Assembly (NCBI GenBank): GCA_902797685.1
Contig: CADBTQ010000071.1
Location: 1 to 61,740, forward strand
Reading direction: 5' to 3'
From: an uncultured Eubacteriales bacterium
GTDB lineage: Bacteria > Bacillota > Clostridia > Christensenellales > CAG-1252
DNA: 61,740 nucleotides
Shown here: piece after piece, positions 45,924 through 56,800 of the stretch
Layout: each line of letters begins with the position of its first letter
Numbering within the stretch: the first letter of the stretch is position 1
Position numbers and translations under genes: made by a program
The notes under the pieces: model-generated
What the model was told of the DNA's origin: nothing
Database searches by the model: none
What the model saw: only the letters and a program-made list of their open reading frames with translations

Positions 45924-46505
45924 TCAGGCCCACGGGTTTTGCGACTTAGGTTCTCTGATGCCCACCATCACGAATTGATCCCACAAGCACCATGTGCCGT
46001 CCGATTTTTGACGCAAAGAGATCTGACGGGGGCTGTCCGCGCCGCCCGAGCGCAAATTAAGACGAGCGTAACCTTGGTTGTCGTAGGAGTGCGCGTCCGC
46101 TTTGACGGTCAAGGTAAGGGGTTGATTGGGGGTGTAGTCGTTGGCGGGAGTAGCGCCCTCAAAGTAGGAAAACGGAATGTACTTGCCGTTGTCCATAAAG
46201 CGGTCGCGAATAAAACTCTTGTCCATGTTGCTCATAGGACGAGGTCCTCTCAAAAAGTCGAGCATCTCCAACGCGGCGTCCTTGTTGGAAGGATAGGCGG
46301 CAAGCGCCAACACGGTCAATGCGGCGGCTTTGAAGGGGGTATCCAATCTCGCTTCGGGCAGAGAGGTAAACTCCGCCAACGAGGAAGGAATGGACGAAAA
46401 AGTGAACACCGCGGTGTTGGGATCGGCTTTGGGTTGAGGAGCGGGCTGGGAATTGTTGTTGCCGTTATTGTTGTTATTGTTGGATTTGAAAAACGATAAA
46501 CACAT
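45924..46505 (-). CDS. Conserved hypothetical protein (DUF6935-like) with an Asn-rich N-terminus
   Basis: SYFEGATPANDYTP, GGADSPR, WCLWDQ and C-terminal NPWA; SD aaggag. Family name recalled from memory. Confidence 0.65.
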   Translation of the reverse strand: MCLSFFKSNNNNNNGNNNSQPAPQPKADPNTAVFTFSSIPSSLAEFTSLPEARLDTPFKAAALTVLALAAYPSNKDAALEMLDFLRGPRPMSNMDKSFIRDRFMDNGKYIPFSYFEGATPANDYTPNQPLTLTVKADAHSYDNQGYARLNLRSGGADSPRQISLRQKSDGTWCLWDQFVMVGIREPKSQNPWA

Positions 46506-46641
46506 AAGATTTCTCCTTATCGCCCATGCGCGCGGGCTTTTTTACAGTATAACATTAATATAATATCCTTTTCAATATATCTTATCCAAAAATCCGTCCG
46601 ACACGTAAGGTTTGTCCTTTTGGCTAACGGCGGGTAGCCAT

Positions 46642-46671
46642 TTGACTTAGTGGGCTTCGGCGCGATATACT
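46642..46671 (+). promoter_or_regulatory. Sigma-A promoter, probably leaderless
   Basis: TTGACT-18-TATACT, 6 nt before ATG 46678, no SD. Confidence 0.65.
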
Positions 46672-46677
46672 TATCTC

Positions 46678-47172
46678 ATGCGATCGATCACCCCGCTATC
46701 CCCCATCGTCGACCGAGACTGCACCGTGCTGATCTTGGGCTCCCACCCCTCTGTCATTTCCAAAGAGGTGGGCTTTTACTACGGCAATCCGCACAATCGG
46801 TTTTGGAAAGTGATGGGCTCGCTTTTGGACGTGGGGGATATGACCGATCTATCCCCCGAAGACAAGACGCGCCTCTTGCTTTGCCGCCACGTAGCGTTAT
46901 ACGACGTAGTGGAGGGGTGCGACTTAGTAGGCTCGCAAGACGCGAGCATCAAAAACGTTGCCCCCGCGGATATACGGGGGCTACTCGCCGCGTCCCGGAT
47001 CGAGCGCATTTTCCTCAACGGCGCCACCGCTTACAAGCTGTTTGCCCGCCACTTCCCCGATCTCGTCTCCATCGCCACGCCCCTTCCTTCTACCTCGCCC
47101 GCCAACGCCAAAATGCGGTTGGACGATCTTCTCAGCGAGTGGGAGGTAGTGCGGCAATCGCTCGAAAAATAG
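46678..47172 (+). CDS. DNA-deoxyinosine glycosylase (UDG superfamily)
   Basis: LILGSHPSVIS...FYYGNPHNRFW, ALYDV, SQDASI, NG, LPSTSPANA. Confidence 0.88.
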   Translation: MRSITPLSPIVDRDCTVLILGSHPSVISKEVGFYYGNPHNRFWKVMGSLLDVGDMTDLSPEDKTRLLLCRHVALYDVVEGCDLVGSQDASIKNVAPADIRGLLAASRIERIFLNGATAYKLFARHFPDLVSIATPLPSTSPANAKMRLDDLLSEWEVVRQSLEK

Positions 47173-47197
47173 CGCAAAACTTGTAAATCTCCATACG

Positions 47198-47234
47198 AAA
47201 AGAGGTGCAAAACTTGTATTTGCACCTCTTTTTT
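47198..47234. terminator. Bidirectional intrinsic terminator
   Basis: aaaagaggtgcaaa-loop-tttgcacctctttt between convergent genes. Confidence 0.85.
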
Positions 47235-47253
47235 ACTCTTTTTTACGTTGATC

Positions 47254-50200
47254 TTACTTGATAAACGCAGTCTGCTTGATCTTGATCAAGCCTTTTTCGA
47301 TCAAAGCCTCGTCCGTTTCGTACTCGAAGGAGTAGGTCTCGTTGTGTTCGAGCCCCTTGACGGCTTGCGCCTTTTCCATGGCTTCGTCCAAAAGTTGCAG
47401 GGCGTACTTGAGGGCGCGATCGCTCTTGATCTTGACCTTGGTGGGCACTTTGGCGTACTTGGAATGCTCGCTCTCGTCCTTGGCGTGGTATTTCGCCGCG
47501 ACCTCGTTGGGATCCAAGGCGAAGTAAGCGAACACCGTTTTGTTGCGGATACGCACGCGCATCACGGGCGCGCGACCACGATTGAAGGTCTCGTAGCCCC
47601 AAGCTTGCCTGTCGCCGATCTTCTTGTAGGACAAAGCGGCGTTTTTGAGGGCGGTATAGCGCGCGAGGACCACGGGGTCGGCTTGGATCAATCTCGCTTG
47701 CATACTGCGGTCTTTGAACTCGCGCATGCCCGTTTCGGGATTGATAAACACGTTGTTTTCCCCTTCGTCCTCTTCTTCCTCTTCCGCTTCGTCCGCCACA
47801 AGGGCTGCCGCTACGGGCGCTTCCGTGGGTTCTTCGGCGGGAGTCTCTTCGGGGACTTCTTCCTGAGCGCTCTCTTCTTGAGACGCTTCCTCTTGGGGTT
47901 GTCCCTCCAAAGGCTCTTCCTCTTGGGCAGGTTCTTCCTGCATTTCTTCGACGGGGACTTCCTCTTTGGCTTCCTCTTGCGCGTCGTCTTTGGCGGTCTC
48001 CTCTTTGGGATCGCCGTCTTCGTCGTTATCTTTCTTTTTCTTGCGAGCAAGAGCGAGGATCAAACACACGATGATGACGACCAAAACGATGATGATGGCG
48101 ATCAGGATCCAGAACCAAATGGGCATCGCTTCCTTTTGATCCGAAGTCGCCACGCCGTAGATGGAGAAGTGATTGGTCTTAAACACCATGTATCCGTCCG
48201 CGTCCAACGTGCCGTTCAACACTTCCACTTTGCCTTGGTCGTTGATGTACACGGGATGCAGATCCAATCCTCTCGCCACCTCGGGTACGAAGATTTTGAT
48301 CTCGTATTGATCGTTGGGATTGATGGTATCGCTCGTGGTGATCTGATACACCGCCACCAAGTGGGCGTTGCCCTCGTTGAGAGCGCTGAAGTCCAACGTC
48401 TTGGGGAGTTGGAAGATGTGCTCCACCTTGAAGTGATTGGCGTTGAGACCGCCGGGACGGGAGACGACGACCACCAGTTGACCCTCTTCGTCCTCGTATT
48501 CCACGATATCCTTGCCGCGTTTGATAGTCAACAAAGCGGGCGCTTTGGTCCACACGGGAGGATTGTAGTGGGCGGGATCGTCGGACGCCAACACGGGGCG
48601 CACTTTGTACTCGCCGACAAGAGTGGGCTCGAGCACTTTGCGGTCGTGAGCGTCGAAATACTCTACGCCGACCATTCTCACGCCCTCGGGCAGATCGTCA
48701 ATGGTAAACTCAAAGGTCTCGCCCGACTCCTCTTCCACGACGACGTGAGAGTAATGCCACGAAGCGCCAGACAAGTCGTAATCGCCCTTGCGGATAGACC
48801 AAGCGAGGTTGCGGTCGATGTGGTTGCCGTAAATATAGTTCTCCATGCCGGAGATAGCAAAGGAAGCGGTATAGTTGCCGACGTCGTCCGCGCTGACCGT
48901 GCCGGAGTAGGTCAAAAAGTCTTCCCACTTGTCGTCGCCGATCAGTTGAGGCAGGTTGACAATCTCCACTTGGTGCGCCAAGCCGTCGTACACAAAGCTC
49001 GAACGATCGATCACGTAGTTCCAGTTGGCGCGCCCCATATCCAAGTTCAAGGGACGGATGCGCACTTCCACCGAAAGGGATGCGGTATCGCTCAAGTCGC
49101 CCGCCACGGCGGTCACGACCACGAGATAGGTACCGTTGTCGGTCACGTTGCGCACGGTGAGGGTGGCTCCGTTGGTATTGATCTGCCTGCCGTCTTTGCT
49201 CCACTCGTAGGTGTAGGTCACTTCTCTATCCAAGTTGATGGAAGGAGTGATGGTGATCGTACGCGCCACGCCGTCGAAAGCGTCCACGCTGATATTGCCA
49301 CTGGACGACAAAGTCAGGATCAACACGTCGGGCGGAATGATCTTTTCCTCGATGGTCAAGGTACGGGTCTCGTCAAAGGACGCGATCTCGTAGTTGGCGG
49401 TGTCCTCTTGGGTCAGCTCGGCGCTGATGAGATAGACGCCCACTTCGGTGGGCAACTCGCTCGCTTCTTGCCCGTTGTACAACACCTTTGCGGTCACGCC
49501 CACGGGGAGTCCCAACAACTCGAAGGGATTATAAGCGTCCTCTTCGATGATGGTGACGTCGTTTTGATTCCAATGCGCGCCGCTTAAGTCGTATTGGGCT
49601 TTGGCGATGGACCACTCGAGGTCGTCCACGTCCCAACCTTCGAAAATATAGTTATCGGACGTACCCAAACTTACTTTGGCGACGTATACGCCCGCGTCGG
49701 TGGCTTTGAGGTCGCCCGAGTAGGTCAAAGGCAGGGTATCGTCACCGATCAAGGTGACGGAGTCCAAAAACTCCAATCCCACGCTCTTTTCGGTGCCGTC
49801 GTAGACCAAGAACCCCACCATCTCCCAATCAACGGCGGACACATCCACTTTAAGGGGCTCGATCTTCCACTCGATGTCGCCCAAGAGCGCGAGGTCGCTC
49901 AAATCGTAGTTGTCGGATGCGCTCGCCTCAAAGGAAGCGGTGTAAGAGCCTACCGCGGTGGCTTTGTTGCCGAGATAAGAAACGGTCACTTCGTCGGCGC
50001 CGATCAGTACGGGCAAAGCGTTGAGTTCCACTTTCTGTTCCTGTCCGTTGTAGGTATAGGGCACGGTGTAGTTCCAGGCGACGGTGGATATGTCGGGTTT
50101 GAAGGGATTGAGCACGAAGTTCAACGGCTTTTTGATTTCGGAGATCACCGATTCGCCCTTGTTGGCCCTGACGACCAAAGTATAGTTTTGGCTCGCCACG

Positions 50201-53200
50201 TCCACCCAGGTAAAAGCGACTTCGTCTTTGACCTTGTCTTCGCCGTCGTACCAAGCCATGGTATAGGTCAACCACTCGGCGGGGTCGGCGACGGAAACAT
50301 TGTAAGAGTGTTGTTGTTGATCGTAAGTAGCGCTGTACACGCCCTCGACCAGTTCAAATCCCTCGATCACTTCGTTGAGGTCGATCTCCACGGCTTTCAA
50401 CACGACGGTGGCGGCGCCGATAGAGGGATTGTTGTGGTTGCGGTCCGCACCGGTGATGGCGGCGGTCACCTGATAGGTGCCGGCGAGATAGGAATGATCG
50501 CCTTGATACGTGATCGTCGCGCTGAGCCCCGTGGGCAAACCGCTTATCGCCAAGCCGTATTCCTGACCCGCTTTGACGGTGAGGACACCGTTTTCAAAGG
50601 TGTAGCCGTCCGCCGTATCCTCGGTCACGACCCAAGAGAGATCGGCGGGGATGTCGGCTTTGAGGATTTCCCAATACAAGTCCATGTCGGACAAACAGCT
50701 CGCGTCGTAGTTGGAACTGGCGGGAGCGCTTGCTTGGGCGCGATACTCGCCCGCGTCGGTCGCCTTGTTGCCCGTATACTCGACGGGGATAAACGAGGGC
50801 ACGCCATAAAGCCACATTACCCATTCGTTGCCGTTGTAGGTGACGTCCCACAAGTAGTCCCGCTCGTAGTTCCATTCGAGGTCGAACTCGTCGAGCACGA
50901 AGGGGTTGATCTTCCACTCGAGGTCGCCCACCGTCCAACCGTCGAACACGTAGTTGGGGTTGGCTTGCAGTGTGGCTTTGGCGGTATAGGTACCCGCATC
51001 TTTGGCGCGAGTCACGCCCGCATATTGCACGTTGAGCGTGTCAAGCCCGAACAGCTCGACTTCGTCGATAAAATCGAGGGACACGCCCTGCTCGTTGCCG
51101 TTATAGGTGAAGGGTTCGTCGGGGTCGTAGGTCCACTCGATATCGCTCACGTCCACGTGGGCGGGCAATATCTTCCACTCCAAGTCGCCCAACGTGTAGT
51201 TGATGATCTCGTAATCTTCGGCATGCTCCTCGTCCACCGAGGGGACGGCGGAAGCGACGTAAACACCCGCGTCGGTCGCTTTGTTGCCGACGTATTCAAA
51301 GATGATGAAGTCGTAGTCGGGGACGATCACCTTGACTTGCTTTTCGGTCGCGTCGTAGCTGAAGGGATTTTCGTAATCCCAACGAGCGTCTTTGCAGTCC
51401 ACGTAGATCTTGTGCAGGCTGACTTCCACCTCTTCGGTTTGACGAGCCACTTGATAGGTGGGATCGTAGGGATCCGAAGCAAGCGCAATAGCGTAGTAGC
51501 GACCGCTTTGGTCACGGTGACTGATGGTCAGAGTGGCTTGGGTCTCCCCCTCGAGCAGCACGAAATCGCCCTCCTCGCTACCCTCGGCGAGGAAATACCA
51601 CTCGTACGTCCAATCGGCGTAGGACGCGTAATCGTCCACGACGGTAAACACGATCTCTTCCCCGTCGAACGCTTTGTCCAATTCGCCCTCGGTCTCCAAG
51701 GTCACTTCGTACTCGATCTCTTTGACGGCGTACAACTTGACGTCGTGATCGGGCACTTCGTCCACGCGGTTGCCCTCTTCGTCCACCCAGTACAGCACGT
51801 CGTAGCCGTCCACGTCCTCGGGACGGGCGAATTTGGCGACGTCCACACCCTTGGCGAGCAAGCCTTCCACTTGCAATTCGTCTTGCACGTAGTAGCTCAC
51901 TTTGACCAAGTCGGGCACGGTGAGATGGAGATCCCAAGCGAAGTCGAATCCGTCTTCCTCAAAGAAGGTGGCGATCCAAGGACCTTTGGACTTGGAGATG
52001 CGGGTAAAGATCTTTTCGTAATCGAAATAATAGCTGTCCGCCCAAGCAAACTCGCCTTCCCCTTGGTAGAGGTCGAGCAAAGTCAGGTTGCGATAAGCAT
52101 CGGGCACGTGATTATAGGCACGATTGACGTAGCCTACCAGTTTGGTATAGTAGTCGGCATAGCGAGCCAACTTGTCAAAATAAACGTCGAGGTCGCGGTC
52201 GGCGTAACGCTCGAAGTCGAGATAATGATAGAGGAGGTCGACGTCCATGTGGGCGAAATCGATGCGATTGAGCAACGAGTCCACTTTGGCTTTGGCTTTG
52301 TTGTAGAGGGAGTAGTTGGTGGGATCCACCTTGAGATAACGGACGATGAAGTCTTGCACGTCGTCGGTGGTGTAATTGTTGGCAAGATCCAGCAAGCGGC
52401 CTACCACCTTTTCCACGTTTTCCTTGGTAAAACGAGCGATGTCGATATAGTCGCAAAGGTGAGATACCATCGCTTCGGCGTTGCCGAGGTTGGCGAAGAT
52501 GGCATTGAAGTCCAATTCCTTAGCGGTGTCGATCCAATCTTGCAAAGTCATTTCGTTGACCAAGTCGACCCAATCTTGGGGGGACTCGCTTTGCACGTCC
52601 ATGTACTTGTCGCGGATACGTTGGGGAACTCTGTCCGAGTTGAGCACCTTGGCGATGGCTTTGGCGGTCAACTTGGGCATGACGGCGTCCACGTACAAAG
52701 AGTGCTCGTCGTACGACATGGTGACGTGTTCGTCAAACAGACGAGCGGCTTGACGGATGCGGCCTTCGTGACCGATCACTTGCAATACTACCGTAAACTC
52801 GCGGGTACCGAAGTCGGTCACCACGGCGACGTCGTAGGACAGTTTGAGTTCGTCCATGTTGGCGATCTCGGCGGGACGAGGCAGCGACTTGATCAAGGAC
52901 ACGATCGCGTCCTTTTTGAAGGAACCGGTCTGATATACGGCTTTGCCGTTGATCTTGAGGGCGACGATGGCGTTGAGCATATCCTCGATGGTGATCTCGA
53001 CCTCTCCGCCCGCTTTTTCCACCTGCTCCACCAAGTTGGTGACCTTGGTCTCCATCTTGGCCGCCAACTCTTCGCCGCGTTCGGGCTCGTCGGCGTAGAC
53101 CTCTTTGATCAGTTCGGTCGCCACGTCGTTGAGCTTGGCGGAGATCTCTTCGTAAGTGTACTCGGTCTTTTCGGCGATCTTTTGCTTGATAAAAGCGTCG

Positions 53201-53652
53201 TAACTACCCGACAGTACGCTGTCGATCTTGTCCTTGGCTTCCTCGCCGGTAAAATAGTGCTCGAAGAAATCCTGCACCTTACCCATGTCGATGTTGTCGA
53301 GATCGATATGGCTCAAATCCACGTCGTCGGGGATCTCGCCCGCGCCTGCGGTGGTGTGGAAATCCATGATCATCCCCTCAAAGTCCAATGCGTCGATGAG
53401 CGCTTGCGCGTCCGCCTTGAGGTCGGACAGATCCGAGGGACGAATGGACGACAACTCTTTGAGATCGGTGTTGATCGTAAAGGTCGCCACGTCGTTGGAC
53501 AAAGTCAGCAGATACCAACCGTGATCACGGTAGAGATCGTACTGCGTTTCGTCGGCAGAAGCAAACAATCCCATAGACACTCCGCACGCCATAACGGCGA
53601 CCAAAAGTGCCACGACAAGGACCAATGCCACTGATTTGATTGTGTGTTTCAT
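47254..53652 (-). CDS. Very large cell-surface protein (2132 aa): signal peptide, helical N-domain, Ig/MBG-like repeats, TM, acidic linker, cytoplasmic domain shared with 6452..9988
   Basis: Repeated W.Y..P.TYNG.EQ...Y.GNKATDAG.Y.A....NY....LEWKI units; TM IWFWILIAIIIV...RKKK; SD ggagg. Confidence 0.85.
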   Translation of the reverse strand: MKHTIKSVALVLVVALLVAVMACGVSMGLFASADETQYDLYRDHGWYLLTLSNDVATFTINTDLKELSSIRPSDLSDLKADAQALIDALDFEGMIMDFHTTAGAGEIPDDVDLSHIDLDNIDMGKVQDFFEHYFTGEEAKDKIDSVLSGSYDAFIKQKIAEKTEYTYEEISAKLNDVATELIKEVYADEPERGEELAAKMETKVTNLVEQVEKAGGEVEITIEDMLNAIVALKINGKAVYQTGSFKKDAIVSLIKSLPRPAEIANMDELKLSYDVAVVTDFGTREFTVVLQVIGHEGRIRQAARLFDEHVTMSYDEHSLYVDAVMPKLTAKAIAKVLNSDRVPQRIRDKYMDVQSESPQDWVDLVNEMTLQDWIDTAKELDFNAIFANLGNAEAMVSHLCDYIDIARFTKENVEKVVGRLLDLANNYTTDDVQDFIVRYLKVDPTNYSLYNKAKAKVDSLLNRIDFAHMDVDLLYHYLDFERYADRDLDVYFDKLARYADYYTKLVGYVNRAYNHVPDAYRNLTLLDLYQGEGEFAWADSYYFDYEKIFTRISKSKGPWIATFFEEDGFDFAWDLHLTVPDLVKVSYYVQDELQVEGLLAKGVDVAKFARPEDVDGYDVLYWVDEEGNRVDEVPDHDVKLYAVKEIEYEVTLETEGELDKAFDGEEIVFTVVDDYASYADWTYEWYFLAEGSEEGDFVLLEGETQATLTISHRDQSGRYYAIALASDPYDPTYQVARQTEEVEVSLHKIYVDCKDARWDYENPFSYDATEKQVKVIVPDYDFIIFEYVGNKATDAGVYVASAVPSVDEEHAEDYEIINYTLGDLEWKILPAHVDVSDIEWTYDPDEPFTYNGNEQGVSLDFIDEVELFGLDTLNVQYAGVTRAKDAGTYTAKATLQANPNYVFDGWTVGDLEWKINPFVLDEFDLEWNYERDYLWDVTYNGNEWVMWLYGVPSFIPVEYTGNKATDAGEYRAQASAPASSNYDASCLSDMDLYWEILKADIPADLSWVVTEDTADGYTFENGVLTVKAGQEYGLAISGLPTGLSATITYQGDHSYLAGTYQVTAAITGADRNHNNPSIGAATVVLKAVEIDLNEVIEGFELVEGVYSATYDQQQHSYNVSVADPAEWLTYTMAWYDGEDKVKDEVAFTWVDVASQNYTLVVRANKGESVISEIKKPLNFVLNPFKPDISTVAWNYTVPYTYNGQEQKVELNALPVLIGADEVTVSYLGNKATAVGSYTASFEASASDNYDLSDLALLGDIEWKIEPLKVDVSAVDWEMVGFLVYDGTEKSVGLEFLDSVTLIGDDTLPLTYSGDLKATDAGVYVAKVSLGTSDNYIFEGWDVDDLEWSIAKAQYDLSGAHWNQNDVTIIEEDAYNPFELLGLPVGVTAKVLYNGQEASELPTEVGVYLISAELTQEDTANYEIASFDETRTLTIEEKIIPPDVLILTLSSSGNISVDAFDGVARTITITPSINLDREVTYTYEWSKDGRQINTNGATLTVRNVTDNGTYLVVVTAVAGDLSDTASLSVEVRIRPLNLDMGRANWNYVIDRSSFVYDGLAHQVEIVNLPQLIGDDKWEDFLTYSGTVSADDVGNYTASFAISGMENYIYGNHIDRNLAWSIRKGDYDLSGASWHYSHVVVEEESGETFEFTIDDLPEGVRMVGVEYFDAHDRKVLEPTLVGEYKVRPVLASDDPAHYNPPVWTKAPALLTIKRGKDIVEYEDEEGQLVVVVSRPGGLNANHFKVEHIFQLPKTLDFSALNEGNAHLVAVYQITTSDTINPNDQYEIKIFVPEVARGLDLHPVYINDQGKVEVLNGTLDADGYMVFKTNHFSIYGVATSDQKEAMPIWFWILIAIIIVLVVIIVCLILALARKKKKDNDEDGDPKEETAKDDAQEEAKEEVPVEEMQEEPAQEEEPLEGQPQEEASQEESAQEEVPEETPAEEPTEAPVAAALVADEAEEEEEDEGENNVFINPETGMREFKDRSMQARLIQADPVVLARYTALKNAALSYKKIGDRQAWGYETFNRGRAPVMRVRIRNKTVFAYFALDPNEVAAKYHAKDESEHSKYAKVPTKVKIKSDRALKYALQLLDEAMEKAQAVKGLEHNETYSFEYETDEALIEKGLIKIKQTAFIK

Positions 53653-53690
53653 ACGTCATTCCTCCATAAATCCTGCGTATACGTATTGTG

Positions 53691-53752
53691 TATAGTGCAT
53701 GCACTATATCATAATACTAAACTATTATAGCAAATTAGACTGCCAAATGCAA
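53691..53752 (-). promoter_or_regulatory. Sigma-A promoter with a downstream perfect 18-bp palindrome (operator candidate)
   Basis: TTGCAT-17-TATAAT with an extended TG; TATAGTGCATGCACTATA at 53691-53708. Confidence 0.6.
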
Positions 53753-53806
53753 TAAAAAAGTCCTCCGAAAGGAGAACTAATTGCCAAAAATATGAATTCT
53801 TAACGA

Positions 53807-56800
53807 TTACGCCTTGTTTTTGCGACGTTTTTGGCGCAAGATCGCCCAAACGACGACCCCTACCACGGCAAGCGAGATCACTACCACGGCGGCGATACCC
53901 AGCCCCAAGATCAACTTGAACTTTTTGCCGTAACGCCCTTCCTCGAGGGGCGGCTCCACCACGGGAGTGGACGTATAACGAGCGGTGTACACCGCGTCTC
54001 CCGTCACGGGGACGACCTCTTTGTCCCACCCCGCGAACGTGTACGAATAACGTTGATCACTGGCACGCTCGGGCGGGATAGGCGGGGTGATCGTCTCCCC
54101 GTAAGTGGCGGTCTGTACGTCCAATTCCACGCCGTCCGATAGGAAAGTGACGGTGTATCGCTCCACCTGCCCTTCCGCCCACACGGTCACGTTGCCACGG
54201 GGCATGACGAAACGGCTCCCGATCTCCTCTTCGCTGCCGTCCACGCTCATTTTGAGGGCGGTCAATCTGATCCCGTCGGGGACGGACACGGTCACGATGA
54301 CGGTGTCCTCGGGATAGGCAAGGGTGGGGTTGACTTCCAAAGTCATACCAAGCGGCGGCTTGATGACCGACACGGCGTATTGCATCACGTAGCGATAGGT
54401 CGCGCCCGCCGCGGCGCTGAACGCGATACCCTCTTGGGTACGAGTATAGGCGACCTCTCTCTCCTCGTCCCCGTCCACCAACAACAACTTGGCTCCCTCG
54501 GGCAAATCGGTAAAGACTTCCACGTCCAAATTGCCCTGCCAATCGGTCACGTCCAGGCGATATTCGGCGCAATACTTGTCGCGGGAGAGCGAATACCACT
54601 CGATAGAGCGGTCTTGCCCGGCAAAGTCCGAGAGCAGGTAGTCGGGGATATCCACCGTCACGCCCGAGAGCATGACGGACAAGTTTTTGTCCTCGTCCCG
54701 AGCCAAGTTTGCCACCTCGCCCAAAGACGCTTCCACGCGCGAATTATCCGTGCAATCTACGACCAAACTCTCGTCTTGGGTGCGGATATCCACCTTGCCG
54801 TCCTCTTCGGATACGACGGTATGAGGCAAAAACTGCGCAAGGTAGACGACGTTGCCGACCATAATATCCCCCTCGGCAAAATAGCGGCCGCTATCCGACA
54901 TCCACCCCGCAAACGTGTAGTAGACGTTGCCGTCCCTTTTCTTTGCGGGCGAGAGAGGCGGGACGATCGCATCTCCGTAGGGCACGATCTCGGACGTTTC
55001 GCCCAAGGGCGTGCGCCATATGGCGGTGTACAGCCTCGTTATCGCGTCAAAATGGGGATAGACGACGACGTCTTGGTCAACGGCGCTTAGGTCAAAGGGC
55101 TGTCCGTCTCCGTCGATCCAGTAATCGAATTGATAGTATGCGCCCACGTCGGGAGCACGCGTGGGCGCGTCTCCCCCGTATTCGACGAACGAGCCTCTGT
55201 CGGCGGTGACGACGTAGTCTTCCCTTCCTTCCACTCGGAAGTTGACGGTGATGCTCTCCGCTACGACCTGCTTGTCCACGGTCGTAGTCAGGGGCAACGT
55301 CAGATCCTCTTTCACCGTGCGACGGACGAGAGTTTTGTCCTTGTAGGCATTGACCAACGCTTGCTCCTCTTCGCCCAACGTCTTGCGCGTCGGCTCGCTT
55401 GCCTCGGCGACCGGGGTGGGTTTGCCCGCCACGGGCACCGCTTGGGGCGCCTCGCCCGGATCGGGGACTTCCAGAGGCGGCGTGGGCTGCGCTACGGGCG
55501 CGGGCATGGTCGGCTCCGCCACGACTTGAGGCGGGACGGGCTCGATCACCTCGCGCGGATAACCGCCCGCAAGAGGGGTAGCGTTGTTAAGATCTTTGAC
55601 GATCTCCCCGCCCAAAATCTGTTTGGCGGTCTGCTTGTTGAGTTTCCAGTCGTCAAGATAACTCACCTGCCCCGCGTAATTCTTTTGGGGGTTGTCGTTG
55701 AGCGCGTTGCCGATGACCGCCAATTCGGCGAGCAAGATCATATACTTGCGTTCCTTGTCCATTTGACGGATATACAACGCCACTTTTTTGTTGCCGTACA
55801 AGTTTTCCAACGCCCCCAGTAGGGTCTGCCAGTTGGAGATCAACGCCTGATAGTTGGCGGAATAATAGCCGTATTTTTGTTGGTCGTTGTCGTAACCGAA
55901 ATAGGTGGAAAACCACTCCCTCAACTTGATGGTGGCGCCCCTTGCCGCCAAGATCACGTTTTTGTCCACCCCGACCGCGTTGGAAGTCAACACTTCGGAC
56001 TCCCGCAACACTTCGGTCACCGCCGAGCCCATCACCGCGTCGTAGACCGAGCGCTCCAAGTCGGTATAGTGGGTCTTGATGCACTCTACCAGCGCCACTT
56101 GTCTGTCTGCGATCGCCTTGTTGGCGAGATATTGCCTATACGCTTCCGCCTTGGCGGGGTACGCTTCCGCTTCCGCCAAATAGGCTTGGTATGCCGCCAA
56201 GTCCTCGCCGTAGCGGGTCAAAGCGGCTTGATAATCCGTATACGCCCGGTAGTCGGCAAGATAGGTTTGATAATCGGCGAGATACGCTTGGTATCTGCCG
56301 TCGGCGGCCGACCAAGCTCTATACGCCATGTCGTACGCCTTGTAACGGTCGTACGCCTCTTTGGCTGTGAGGTAAGCTTGGTACTGCCGATAGGCCTCCC
56401 ACGCGATCTCGTACTCCCTATCCCAATCCACCTGCTGTTTGTTGTAGGTCAAAGCCGCTTGATACGCGCTGTTGGCATAAGACGTCAATACGTCCTTGCC
56501 GACAGTGAGGTTTGCTTGGTATTGCACCGTCAAAGCGTCCTCTTCCGAAGCGGAGAGGGTGCAAACGTACGAGTTGCCCTCTTTGACAAACGGGGTCTCA
56601 ACACCACTGAGCCTGACGAGAGCGGGCGTCCAAGTCAAATTGTCCTTGACGACGGGTCTCGCTTCCACCCGAAACAGTCCCTCGCCTTCCGCGTGCACAG
56701 TGATGGCGGAGGCGGGGATCCTCGGATCGTAGCGCACCCCTTTGCCCGCAAGATAGGGCAACTCCGTCTCCCCTACCTCTACTCCCGCCGCTTCGAGCAA

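Noticed and set aside
49594-53634. 1346-aa plus-strand ORF and other long antisense ORFs (7403..9958, 13603..15795, 18233..20119, 47248..49587)
   Set aside because: They are shadows of well-supported genes on the opposite strand, caused by codon bias; no motifs or SD sequences.
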